From contig CAVWMC010000003.1 of assembly GCA_963756005.1 (NCBI GenBank), positions 261,158 through 325,157 of the forward strand: DNA of 64,000 nt, given 5' to 3'. Made by a program: the position numbers and the translations under genes. The notes beneath the pieces are model-generated. The model made no database searches, was not told the DNA's origin, and was given only the letters and a program-made list of their open reading frames with translations. Below, piece by piece: positions 8,063-17,430 of the stretch (position 1 is its first letter; every line of letters begins with the position of its first letter). The stretch is from an uncultured delta proteobacterium. GTDB lineage: Bacteria; Desulfobacterota; Binatia; Binatales; Binataceae.

Positions 8063-11000
8063 CTAGACTTCCAATTCTTCGAGCAGCGCTTTCGCCTCGC
8101 GCAGATCGCCGGTCTCAAATCCCTCGGTGAATTGCGCGAACACTGGCGCCAGCGTCGCGCGCGCCTCGTCGCTCCTGCCGCTGCGGATCAACAGCCGCGC
8201 CAGGCTCGTCGCCGCGCGCAGTTCCCACGATCGCGCCTCTTGCCGCACTGCAATCTCGATCGCGCGCCTGAAGCATCGCTCGGCTTCGTCTTCGCCGTTC
8301 GGCAGCGTCAGCATCGTCTCCCCGCGCAGCCGATGAATTTCCGCCTCGAGCAGGCGATGTCCCATTTGGTCCGCGCGTTGCCTGGCCATTTCAAGCTCGC
8401 GCAGAGCTTCATCGGGACGCTTCATCATCAGGTACACTTCCGCCAGCAGCACGAACGAGAACGAGTAGATCAGGTCGGCGTTGGCGGCGGCCAGGTTTAC
8501 GATCGATTCTTTCATCATCGCGAGTCCGGCCTCGAGCGCGGGCTGGTCGCCGCGAATGTAGGCCTCGCCGGCAATCGTGCGCGCGAGACACATCTTGCCC
8601 GCCGTCAGCCAATAGGGAAATCCATATTCGGTCGACAGCTCGATCAATGTTTCCGACCGCGTTCGCACCTCCGCATACTCCTGCCGGAAGTGATTCAGCA
8701 CGATCGTGTGCAGATGGACAAACGCGATGCTGAAGGGCCGGCGCAGCTGCGAGGCCAGCTCTTCGGCCTCAGCCAGCCGCCGTTTCGCCTGCCCCAAGCG
8801 GCCGCCGATATGAAATGCCCACACGGCATTGCACCGCGACGGAATCACCGGCGCGTTCATCATCGGCAGGTAGCGCGGAATGTCGCGATCGAAAATTTTG
8901 ATCGTTTGCTCGGAGTTCTCTTGCGCCGCGGTGAATTCGCCCATCCAGAGCTGCGTCGCCGCCAGCGCGTTGTGCGCCGACGCCGTCGCCAGATCGCTGT
9001 CCACCCGTCCCGCCATCGCGAGCAACTGCTCCGCGATAGCCCGGCTCTCCGGCAACTGTCCGCTGGCGTGCTTGAAGCTCCACAGCGCAAACATCACGCC
9101 GAATATCTCGGGCGTCTCGCCGGCGCGGCGGCAAAGTTCCTGCGCACGCGCGATCGTGACGGAGACCTCCGGCGATGAAAGCCCCTGCGTCGATACGATC
9201 AGCGGCCCCAGCATCATCTGGATCTGCAGCTCCCTATGATCGCGCTCGCGCGCTTCAGGCATCGTCGCGATCACGCGCAACGCCTCGCGCGCATAGCCGA
9301 TCGCGTCGCTGTATGCCGATCGGATCGCCGCTTGCTCCGCCGCGTGGGTTAGATACTCGACCGCCTTCGGCGCGTTGGCGCTGCGGCTATAGTGATGCGC
9401 CAGCTCGGCCACGTGATCGTCGAGCGTCGCCGCGAACGTCTCTTCGAGCGCCGTCGCCGTGCGCTCGTGAATAATTCGGCGCCGTTGCATCAGCACCGAA
9501 TCGTACGCGACTTCCTGCGTCAGCGCGTGCTTGAAGGTGTATTCGTTTTCCGGAAACGCCGGCTGCTCGTAGATAAATTCCGCCGCCTGCAGGTTCGCCA
9601 GCATCGGCGCCAGCTCTTCATCCGATTTCCCGACCACCCGCCGCACCAGTCCCACCGGAAATTCCTTGCCGATCACCGCCAGCGATTGCAGCAGGTCCTT
9701 GTCCGCCGGCGCGAGCTTGTCGATACGCGCCGCAAGGATGCCTTTGACGGTTGATGGGATCTCGATCGACGTGAGCGGTTTCGCCATCGACACCGCCGCG
9801 CCGTCGCGCACCAGCACGCCCTGGTCGAACAGCACCTGCACCATCTCTTCCATGAAAAACGGATTGCCCTGCGTGCGCTCGATGATCGCTGCCTTCAACG
9901 AATCGATCGCGCGGTCATCGCCAATCATCGCCGACAGCAATTCCGCGGCGTTGTCTCGCCCCAGCGGATCGAGCCGCATCTGCGTGTAGTAGGTTTTGTT
10001 GCCCCAGTTGTGGCGATACTCGGGCCGGTAATTGACCATCATCAGGATTTGCGCGGTGCCGATCGAGTCAGCCATCAGGTTCAGCAGCGCTTCCGACTCG
10101 GCATCGACCCAGTGCAGGTCCTCGAAAATCAGAATCAGCGGCTGGTTCAGGCTCTCGCGCACGATCAGACTCTTGACCGCCTCGCGCGTGCGCCGCCGCC
10201 GGATCGAAGCATCCATTTCGTCCAAACGCGCGTCGCCCGCCGGAATTCCGAGCAGCGCAAACAGATGCGGCAGCGTATCCTCCAGCGCGCGATCGAGCGC
10301 CAGCACCTTGCCGGTGACCTTCTCGCGCCGCGTCCGCGCGTCGTCGCGATCGGCAATCCGGAAATAACTCTTGAGCAGATCGACCACCGGCAGATACGCC
10401 GACGCCTTGCCATGCGAGAACGAAAACGCCTCGAGCACCAGGCATTCCGCCTGCCGGCGCATCTTGAATTCGTGGAACAGGCGCGACTTGCCGACGCCCG
10501 CCTCCGCCATCGCCGCCACGATCTGCCCATGCCCGCCGCGCGCCAGCTCGAGCGCCTGGTCGAGCTGCTCCAACTCGGCGCGCCGTCCCACGAACTTCGA
10601 CAACCCGCGCGACGCCGACATCTGCAGCCGCGTCCGCAGCGGGCCGATCCCCAGCACCTCGTACACATTGATCGGCTCGCTGACACCCTTGATTCGCGCC
10701 GGGCCGAGCGCCTTCAACTCGAAGTAGCCGGCCGTGAGTTTCTGCGTCTGCTCCGTGATTACGATCGATCCGGTCGGCGCCAGCGTTTGCATCCGCGCCG
10801 CCAGGCTCATCGAATGGCCGATCGGCGTGTACTCGGTGTGCGCATCGTCGGTCCGAATCGATCGCACCACCACCTCGCCGGTGTTGAGCCCGACGCGAAT
10901 TTCGACCGGCGGACTTCCCTGTGCGCGCAACCCGGCCGAATAACGCGCCATGTCCTCCTGCACGCGCAGCGCCGCATAGAGTCCGCGCTGCGCATGATCC

Positions 11001-11455
11001 TCATGCGCGACCGGCGCGCCGAACAGCGCGAAAATCCCGTCGCCGGTGGACTGCACGATGTAACCGTCGTAGCGATGCATCGCGTCGATCATCAGCTTCA
11101 GCGCCGGATCGACAATCGCCCGCGCCTCTTCCGGATCGAGCCTCTCCATCAGGTCCATCGATCCCTTGATATCCGCGAACAGCGCCGTCACCGTCTTGCG
11201 CTCACCGCCCGACGCGTCCGCCGCGTCCTGCTCCATCCGCACGCGCACCGCCGGCTCGACCACAGCCGCGGGAGCTCTGACGCTCGCGACGGCTTCCCGA
11301 GCCACCGTCAACGCCGCCCCGCATTCCCCGCAAAATTTAAACTCGGGCGAATTTTCCAACCCGCAGCGCGAACACCGATTCCGCAGCGCAGCCCCACACC
11401 CGCCACAAAACTTCATCCCCCCCGGATTTTCGGTCCCGCAACTCGAACATCGCAT
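8063..11455 (-). CDS. signal-transduction STAND protein: double zinc ribbon, class III adenylyl/guanylyl cyclase domain, AAA(AAA_16-like) NTPase and TPR repeats (1130 aa)
   Basis: Two N-terminal CxxC..CxxC ribbons. Cyclase homology domain (TALFADIKGS...GDGIFALFGAP). Walker A GVGKSR. C-terminal TPR-like helical repeats. Confidence 0.85.
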   Translation of the reverse strand: MRCSSCGTENPGGMKFCGGCGAALRNRCSRCGLENSPEFKFCGECGAALTVAREAVASVRAPAAVVEPAVRVRMEQDAADASGGERKTVTALFADIKGSMDLMERLDPEEARAIVDPALKLMIDAMHRYDGYIVQSTGDGIFALFGAPVAHEDHAQRGLYAALRVQEDMARYSAGLRAQGSPPVEIRVGLNTGEVVVRSIRTDDAHTEYTPIGHSMSLAARMQTLAPTGSIVITEQTQKLTAGYFELKALGPARIKGVSEPINVYEVLGIGPLRTRLQMSASRGLSKFVGRRAELEQLDQALELARGGHGQIVAAMAEAGVGKSRLFHEFKMRRQAECLVLEAFSFSHGKASAYLPVVDLLKSYFRIADRDDARTRREKVTGKVLALDRALEDTLPHLFALLGIPAGDARLDEMDASIRRRRTREAVKSLIVRESLNQPLILIFEDLHWVDAESEALLNLMADSIGTAQILMMVNYRPEYRHNWGNKTYYTQMRLDPLGRDNAAELLSAMIGDDRAIDSLKAAIIERTQGNPFFMEEMVQVLFDQGVLVRDGAAVSMAKPLTSIEIPSTVKGILAARIDKLAPADKDLLQSLAVIGKEFPVGLVRRVVGKSDEELAPMLANLQAAEFIYEQPAFPENEYTFKHALTQEVAYDSVLMQRRRIIHERTATALEETFAATLDDHVAELAHHYSRSANAPKAVEYLTHAAEQAAIRSAYSDAIGYAREALRVIATMPEARERDHRELQIQMMLGPLIVSTQGLSSPEVSVTIARAQELCRRAGETPEIFGVMFALWSFKHASGQLPESRAIAEQLLAMAGRVDSDLATASAHNALAATQLWMGEFTAAQENSEQTIKIFDRDIPRYLPMMNAPVIPSRCNAVWAFHIGGRLGQAKRRLAEAEELASQLRRPFSIAFVHLHTIVLNHFRQEYAEVRTRSETLIELSTEYGFPYWLTAGKMCLARTIAGEAYIRGDQPALEAGLAMMKESIVNLAAANADLIYSFSFVLLAEVYLMMKRPDEALRELEMARQRADQMGHRLLEAEIHRLRGETMLTLPNGEDEAERCFRRAIEIAVRQEARSWELRAATSLARLLIRSGRSDEARATLAPVFAQFTEGFETGDLREAKALLEELEV

Positions 11456-11516
11456 AGCAAATGAGTTTATCCCGCCGCTTCGGTTAGACCCAACCGGCCA
11501 AATTCGAACGCGCGAA

Positions 11517-11752
11517 TCCTAACCTCTCCTTGTCCGAGGAGAGGTCGGCGAAAGCCGCGCAGCGGTGTCGCCGGGAGAGGTGCAACGCCGGACACTCTAG
11601 TTACCTCAACTCGTCTAACCGCAATTGCACGATACTGGTCCGGCGCTCGACAGCGGCACAACTACGCGCAGTTGCGACTGCCAGCGTCGTACCTCTCCCG
11701 TCGTTCGCCTTCGGCTCGCGCCGACCTCTCCTCGGACAAGGAGAGGTTAGGA
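11517..11752. repeat. TIR-flanked palindromic element, family A, copy 1 (MITE-like)
   Basis: 34-bp terminal inverted repeats TCCTAACCTCTCCTTGTCCGAGGAGAGGTCGGCG / CGCCGACCTCTCCTCGGACAAGGAGAGGTTAGGA. Internal complementary arms GGGAGAGGTGCAACG / CGTTGCACCTC. About 85-90% identical to the copies at 14365 and 48568. Confidence 0.85.
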
Positions 11753-11769
11753 ATCAAGATACTGCGAGC

Positions 11770-12456
11770 TCACCACTTCAACCCCATCGCTTCGGTCAGG
11801 AACTTCATGAACGGCGCCGACGACGCGCACGCCTTCGAAAACAAATCCATGAACTCCGCCGAGCAGACTTCCTTGCGCGTGAACTCCGTGCCGCCGATGA
11901 AGTCCTTGCGCTTGAGATCTTCGATCAGCGGATGCGCCGGGTCGTAGCCCTTCGGCGGACGCGACAGCATGTCGCCCATCAGCTCGAATCGCGCCTTGAA
12001 TTTGCGATCGTTCACCGCGCTCTTCCACTTCGATGGGTGCGCGACGATCGCGGCGCGAATCTTCGCGGTCGTGTCCGCCTGCGGATGCCACACGCCAACG
12101 CCCGCGAACGCTTCCGCCGGCGACAGCGACAGGTAGAACGACGGCGAATTGAAATGCATTCCGTCGCGATGCCCGAACGCCGCCGACGCGTTGATGTGAT
12201 ACGGCGTCTTGTCGCGCGAGAAGCGCAGATTGCGGTAGATACGCATCATCGATCCGCCGCTCGGCCGCGGATCGGCGACGTAGCGCGCACTGATTTTGCG
12301 CAAGCGCGGCGCGAAATCCGCGATAAACGCCAGCATCGGCTCGCGCACGTCGCGTTCGTAGCGCGGCTTGTTCGGCATAAACCAGTCGCGATTGTTGTTG
12401 CGGCTCAGCTCCTCGAAGAACTCGAAAAATCGCGGAGTGAAATAACCCTGCGCCAT
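11770..12456 (-). CDS. DUF2461 / TIGR02453 family conserved hypothetical protein
   Basis: Motifs RIYRNLRFSRDKTPY and FYLSLSP are characteristic of DUF2461. Start chosen at MAQGYF; the track ORF extends to 12654. Confidence 0.65.
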   Translation of the reverse strand: MAQGYFTPRFFEFFEELSRNNNRDWFMPNKPRYERDVREPMLAFIADFAPRLRKISARYVADPRPSGGSMMRIYRNLRFSRDKTPYHINASAAFGHRDGMHFNSPSFYLSLSPAEAFAGVGVWHPQADTTAKIRAAIVAHPSKWKSAVNDRKFKARFELMGDMLSRPPKGYDPAHPLIEDLKRKDFIGGTEFTRKEVCSAEFMDLFSKACASSAPFMKFLTEAMGLKW

Positions 12457-12467
12457 CGCCCGCGAAC

Positions 12468-13310
12468 TCACGCCTGGATGAATTCGTTGAAAATTTTGAA
12501 GAAGCGCTCCGGCTGATCGCGATGCACCCCGTGGCCGGCGTTCGCGAACACTTCGAGCCGCGCCACACCCGGCGTCATCGCCGCCGCAATATCCTTCGAG
12601 TCGGCCACCGGCAGAATTGGATCGAGTTCGCCCGCGGTAATCAGCGTCGGGCATTTTATTTTTTTAAGCTCGGGCAGCAAGTTGAAGGTGTGCGATTCGT
12701 GCAGAAAAAAATCCGCCGTCAGCTTCGGGTTCATCACCGCCCGCTGCATGAACTCGGGCGGCGACGGCGTCCGGTTGTACAGCGGCAGACACTTCTTCTG
12801 ATATTCGGCCATCGCCTCCGGCCCCGGACTCTCGAAAAATCGCCGCGCCATTTCGCGCACTTCCGCCCCGCCCAGCTTCTCGAACATCTCGAGCGATCGC
12901 TCCTGCCGCGACACCGCCGCCGTGCTGCTCAACACCAGCTTGCCCGGATGCTCCGGATGACGCGTCGCGTACGACATCGCAACCATCCCGCCGAACGACA
13001 CGCCGAGCACGACCGGGTGCTCGATCTCGAGCGCCTCGCAAAACGCGCGCACGTCGTCGCCCCATTGCGGCAGATTCCATTTCGCCGGATCGCCGTGATC
13101 GCTGCGCCCGTTCCCGCGATGGTCGAGATACACAACTTGCGCGTTCTCCGCGAGGCGCGAGAAATCGGGCTTGAAGTTGGAATGATCGAAGCCGGGGCCG
13201 CCGTGCAGCAGGATGACCGTCGGCACCTCGCGCATCTTCGCGCCGTCGGGCCGCAGCTTCGCGCCTTCCACGTCGAAGAACAATCGAACGTCGCCAATTT
13301 TTACGCGCAT
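12468..13310 (-). CDS. alpha/beta hydrolase (prolyl aminopeptidase-like)
   Basis: LLHGGPG HG-box and the GVSFGG nucleophile elbow. Confidence 0.85.
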   Translation of the reverse strand: MRVKIGDVRLFFDVEGAKLRPDGAKMREVPTVILLHGGPGFDHSNFKPDFSRLAENAQVVYLDHRGNGRSDHGDPAKWNLPQWGDDVRAFCEALEIEHPVVLGVSFGGMVAMSYATRHPEHPGKLVLSSTAAVSRQERSLEMFEKLGGAEVREMARRFFESPGPEAMAEYQKKCLPLYNRTPSPPEFMQRAVMNPKLTADFFLHESHTFNLLPELKKIKCPTLITAGELDPILPVADSKDIAAAMTPGVARLEVFANAGHGVHRDQPERFFKIFNEFIQA

Positions 13311-13346
13311 CGGCGGATTCTAACGCGAACCTTCGCGCGGTGCAAA

Positions 13347-13577
13347 CTACCTTTCGATGCGCAAATGGAAGACGCCGTCGCGCGCCGTTGCTTCGAGCAC
13401 CACGTAGCCTTCGGCCTCCGCGGCCCCGGGAATGTCGCGAGCGCCGCGCGGATCGTCGAGCGTCAAGTCGAGCACCTCGCCGCGCGCCATCTGCTCGAGT
13501 CGCACCTTCGCCCGCGCCCAGTTGAGCGGACACTTGACCCCTCGCAGGTCGAGGCGAACAGTTTCGCGCGCTTTCAT
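13347..13577 (-). CDS. TusA-like sulfurtransferase (SirA/YedF/YeeD family)
   Basis: LDLRGVKCP conserved Cys motif, ~76 aa two-layer alpha/beta size. Start chosen at MKARETV. Confidence 0.7.
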   Translation of the reverse strand: MKARETVRLDLRGVKCPLNWARAKVRLEQMARGEVLDLTLDDPRGARDIPGAAEAEGYVVLEATARDGVFHLRIER

Positions 13578-13643
13578 CCCAACCAGATTCTTACCACATC
13601 GCGCGCCCGTGAATCCGCCGCGCCAAATCGCTATGCTGGCGCG

Positions 13644-14345
13644 ATGTTCCTCGAAAGTCCCGAGCTCTACGACGCCATCTACCACTTCAAGAATTACAAG
13701 CATGAGTGCGAGATTCTGCGCGCCGTGATCGCGGTCGCCGCACCGGGCGCGCGCACGATTCTCGACGTCGCCTGCGGCACCGGCGAGCACGACAAATTTC
13801 TCAAGGATCATTACTCAGTTGACGGCGTCGATCTCAACGAAAATTATCTGCGCGCCGCGCGCGTCAAAAATCCCGCCGGCCGCTACACGCATGCCGACAT
13901 GACCGAGTTCGATTTGGCGACAACTTACGACGCCGTGACCTGCCTCTTCAGCGCGATCGGCTACGTCCGCACCGTCGCTCGCATGACTCGCGCGGTCGCA
14001 TGCATGGCGCGCCACGTCAAGCCGGGCGGCGTGCTCATCATCGAGCCGTGGATTACTCCGGAAAATTGGAAGCCCGGCAACTCCTTCATTCACCCCGGCG
14101 AAATCGGCGCCGACAAAGTCGTCCGCATGAGCCTGAGCGGCCGCGAAGGCAACCTGTCGTTCACGCTCATGCACTATCTAAGGAGCACGCCCACTGGCAT
14201 CGAGCATTACAGCGAACGCCTCGAGCTCGGCTTGTTCACCCGCGAAGAAATGACGCACGCCTTCGACTCCGCGAACATGAACGTGCGCTACGACACCGAA
14301 GGCCTGATGGGCCGCGGCCTCTACATCGCCCACAAGCGCCCGTAG
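13644..14345 (+). CDS. class I SAM-dependent methyltransferase (TylM1/DesVI-like sugar N-methyltransferase fold)
   Basis: YDAIYHF, ILDVACGTGEH (motif I) and VKPGGVLIIEPW motifs. The upstream part of track ORF 12522.. is antisense noise. Confidence 0.8.
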   Translation: MFLESPELYDAIYHFKNYKHECEILRAVIAVAAPGARTILDVACGTGEHDKFLKDHYSVDGVDLNENYLRAARVKNPAGRYTHADMTEFDLATTYDAVTCLFSAIGYVRTVARMTRAVACMARHVKPGGVLIIEPWITPENWKPGNSFIHPGEIGADKVVRMSLSGREGNLSFTLMHYLRSTPTGIEHYSERLELGLFTREEMTHAFDSANMNVRYDTEGLMGRGLYIAHKRP

Positions 14346-14364
14346 AAATTCGGCCTCGCCTGGA

Positions 14365-14558
14365 TCCTAACCTCTCCTTGTCCGAGGAGAGGTCGGCGTA
14401 AGCCGCGTAGCGGTGTCGCCGGGAGAGGTACCACGCCAGGCACTGCACCAATCCCAACTCGTTTAACCCCAATGCGCAGACACTGGTCCGCGTTGCACCT
14501 CGCCCGTCGCTCACCTTCGGCTCGCGCCGACCTCTCCTCGGACAAGGAGACGTTAGGA
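14365..14558. repeat. TIR-flanked palindromic element, family A, copy 2 (shorter; internal ~40-bp deletion)
   Basis: Same 34-bp TIRs as copy 1. Sits between convergent gene ends. Confidence 0.85.
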
Positions 14559-14599
14559 TCAGGGCGCCTCGCAATTTCTTTTGGCGCCGGACGTGACCG

Positions 14600-15070
14600 T
14601 TACACCTTGCGGCTTTGACCCTTCGCTTCCGCCCACCCCTGCTTCAGCGGGACCACGTGATGGAAAAATAATTTGCGCTCGACAAAGCGCCAGCGGCCGC
14701 GCTCGCGCCGATATTTGTCTTCGTAGTAGCCCGCCGCCGTGACGCTTTCGCCGTTGCGCGCGAAGCGCGCCTCGATCGCGCAGGTGCCGTGCGCTTCGTC
14801 GCCTTTCAGCTCGATGATGTGATTCTGGATAAACGGCAACGCCACTTCCGGTTCGCGCACCGACGCGCGATAAAACTTCAGGATCGCCTCGCGCCCGCGC
14901 ACCGCCTTGAAGTCGCCGCCGGTCACGTCGAGCACGCCGTCGTCGGCGAACAGATTCGCGACAGCCTCGCCCTCGCCGTGCGCGACGTGCCAGCAGTAGC
15001 GCGCGGTCAGCTCCTTGATTTCGTCGCGATCCTCCAGTTCCTGAACGCGTTGCTCGATTGATTTGGCCAT
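14600..15070 (-). CDS. NTF2-like / SnoaL-like domain protein
   Basis: Size and sequence pattern of the nuclear-transport-factor-2-like superfamily (DUF4440/SnoaL_2-like). Confidence 0.6.
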   Translation of the reverse strand: MAKSIEQRVQELEDRDEIKELTARYCWHVAHGEGEAVANLFADDGVLDVTGGDFKAVRGREAILKFYRASVREPEVALPFIQNHIIELKGDEAHGTCAIEARFARNGESVTAAGYYEDKYRRERGRWRFVERKLFFHHVVPLKQGWAEAKGQSRKV

Positions 15071-15075
15071 GGTCG

Positions 15076-15711
15076 TCAGCTCGCGAACCGTTCGGTTGCT
15101 CGTTTCAGAATCGCGCGCATCGCGTCGAGGTTCTGCGCGCCCACCAGCGGGAATTCGCCGATGAAAAACGTCGGCACGCCGCTGACTCCGCGCTGATGCG
15201 CCGCGAGCGAATTATTCTTCAGCCGCATTTCGTACTTCGGCGATTTTATCGCCTCCGCCACCTCGCCGGCGTCGAGTCCCGCTTCCGCCGCCAGCCGCGC
15301 GACCACGCCCGCGTCGCCGATATTCTCACCCTCGTTGAAATACGCGCGGTAGATTCGCTCCTCGAGCAGCTCGTCGCGGCCCGACTCGCGCGCGAACTCG
15401 GTAGCCGCCAGCGCCGCGCGCGAGTTGGTCAGCATCGTGGGCGGCTTCATCGAAAATCCCGTCGCCTCGGCCATCGCGCTGATCCGCTTCCAGAGCGCCT
15501 GGCGCGATTCGGCGTCGCCCGGCCCGCGCATCTTCTCGACTGGAATTCCCGCCGCCGGCCAGTCGGGATGAATCTGAAAGCCGCGCCATTCGATCTGAAA
15601 ATCAAACTCCGGCTTCAGCTTCCGGATCGTTTCGAAGCCGACGTAGCAGAACGGACAGATGTAATCCGAGAACATCACGATTTTCAGCGCCATTTCGTAA
15701 TCCTCTGCCAC
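15076..15711 (-). CDS. DsbA-family thiol:disulfide oxidoreductase (FrnE-like)
   Basis: CPFC active site in an N-terminal thioredoxin fold (MFSDYICPFCY). Confidence 0.8.
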   Translation of the reverse strand: MAEDYEMALKIVMFSDYICPFCYVGFETIRKLKPEFDFQIEWRGFQIHPDWPAAGIPVEKMRGPGDAESRQALWKRISAMAEATGFSMKPPTMLTNSRAALAATEFARESGRDELLEERIYRAYFNEGENIGDAGVVARLAAEAGLDAGEVAEAIKSPKYEMRLKNNSLAAHQRGVSGVPTFFIGEFPLVGAQNLDAMRAILKRATERFAS

Positions 15712-15821
15712 TCAATATAGGACCGGCCTTCGGTCGCCGTCAAAACCGGATTTTCCGCAAGCGCGCAGACTATGTTATTGAGCTAGCAGCGCTGCATTTC
15801 GTTTCTGATCGAGGTGACGCA

Positions 15822-16616
15822 ATGATTCTCGATTCGCTCAAGCTCGACGGCAAAGTCGCAATCATCACCGGCGCCGGCCGCGGACTCGGCCGCGCGATGG
15901 CGGTGAAGTTCGCAATGGCGGGCGCCGACATCGTCGCCGCCGCGCGCACCCAGTCGCAGCTCGACGAAACCGCCGACGCCGTCAAACAGACCGGGCGCAA
16001 ATGCCTGATCGTGCCGACCGACGTCACCGTCTCGGCGCAGGTCAACGCGCTCGCCGAAGCCACGCTCAAGGAGTTCGGTAAAATCGACATCCTCATCAAC
16101 AACGCCGGCGGCGGCGACGGCACCCTCGGCAAGCAACTGCCGGAAATCACCGACGAAGAATGGCGCCGCGGCATCGACACCAATCTCAGCAGCCAGTTCT
16201 ACGCATGCCGCGCCGTGATCACGCAGATGGTCAAGCAGCAGCGCGGTAAGATTATCAACATCGCGTCGGGCTACGGCCTGCGCGGCGGCAAGCACAACTT
16301 TATGTACACCTGCTCGAAGGGCGGCACGATCCAGTTAACGCGCTCGATGGCGCTGACCTACGCCCAGTTCAACATCCAGACCAACTGCATCGTGCCCGGC
16401 ATCTTCCCGCACAACGAAGAGATGATGCGGTTTTTCAAGGGCGGCAAATTTATTCCGATCGGCCGCGTCGGCGACGACAGCGAGCTCGGCCCGCTCGCCG
16501 TATTCCTCGCGTCGGACGCATCCAACCACATCAACGGCGAGTTCATCGCGATCGACGGCGGCGGACTCGCCGGCGGCATCACGCCGACCGGAGTGTCGCC
16601 GGAGAGTTCAAACTAA
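15822..16616 (+). CDS. SDR family oxidoreductase
   Basis: TGAGRGLGRA glycine-rich motif, NNAG, and the YxxxK catalytic region. Confidence 0.9.
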   Translation: MILDSLKLDGKVAIITGAGRGLGRAMAVKFAMAGADIVAAARTQSQLDETADAVKQTGRKCLIVPTDVTVSAQVNALAEATLKEFGKIDILINNAGGGDGTLGKQLPEITDEEWRRGIDTNLSSQFYACRAVITQMVKQQRGKIINIASGYGLRGGKHNFMYTCSKGGTIQLTRSMALTYAQFNIQTNCIVPGIFPHNEEMMRFFKGGKFIPIGRVGDDSELGPLAVFLASDASNHINGEFIAIDGGGLAGGITPTGVSPESSN

Positions 16617-16617
16617 A

Positions 16618-17403
16618 ATGGCAACCTCCAACTCATCGAATGATTTCTCGCTCGAAGGCAAAAGCGCTCTGGTCGTCGGCGCCGAGCATTCCGTCGGCCG
16701 CGCCGCCGCCGTCACGCTGGCCGAGGCCGGCGCGAAAATCGTCATCGCTTCGCAGGAGCCCGGCACCGACAAGCAACTGAAGGAAGTCGCCAAGCTGGTG
16801 ACCGCTGCAGGAGCCAAGCCGGTGATTCGCATCCAGGACGCGGCGACGCGCGCCGACGTGTCCGCTACCGCCGACTTCGCCGCCAAACAGCTCGGCCGCC
16901 TCGACATCGTCGTCAACGCGCTCGACACGCCCGCCTACGGACCGGCCGAAGCGAGCGACGACACCGCGTTCGACAAAATCATGGAGAACAATCTCAAGAC
17001 GGTCTGGATGTCGTGCCAGGAAGGCGCGCGCGTGATGCTGCGCCAGGGCGGCGGCGTCATCGTCAATATCACGTCGGTGATGGCGGAACGCGGCGTCCCC
17101 AACGCGGCGCTCTACTGCGCGGCGAAAGCGGCGGTGTTGAATCTGACGCGCGCGCTCGCGCTCGAATGGGCGCGCAAAGGAATCCGCGTCAACGCGATCG
17201 AGGCCGGATGGCTCGACGACGAATCGAGTCCCGCCAACAAGGACGACGAGTTCAGCAAGAATCTGCTGAAGTACCTGCCGTACAATCGTCTGGTAAAGCC
17301 CGAAGAACTCGGCGGCGCCCTGCTCTACCTGTGCTCGCCCGCGGCCGGCTTCGTGACGGGAGAATCAATCGCGGTGGACGGCGGCCTCCGCGCCCGCGTG
17401 TGA
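16618..17403 (+). CDS. SDR family oxidoreductase
   Basis: VVGAEHSVGRA, NAL, YCAAK (YxxxK) motifs. 1-bp spacing to the upstream SDR gene. Confidence 0.85.
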   Translation: MATSNSSNDFSLEGKSALVVGAEHSVGRAAAVTLAEAGAKIVIASQEPGTDKQLKEVAKLVTAAGAKPVIRIQDAATRADVSATADFAAKQLGRLDIVVNALDTPAYGPAEASDDTAFDKIMENNLKTVWMSCQEGARVMLRQGGGVIVNITSVMAERGVPNAALYCAAKAAVLNLTRALALEWARKGIRVNAIEAGWLDDESSPANKDDEFSKNLLKYLPYNRLVKPEELGGALLYLCSPAAGFVTGESIAVDGGLRARV

Positions 17404-17430
17404 GAATCGAAGGTCTAGTTAGACTTAGAT

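Noticed and set aside
10010-11464. 484-aa plus-strand ORF and the 8132..9178 ORF
   Set aside because: Both are antisense shadows of the cyclase-AAA-TPR gene.
12522-13643. N-terminal 370 codons of the 607-aa track ORF
   Set aside because: Only the last 233 codons (13644..14345) carry methyltransferase motifs. The rest is antisense to the hydrolase and TusA genes.
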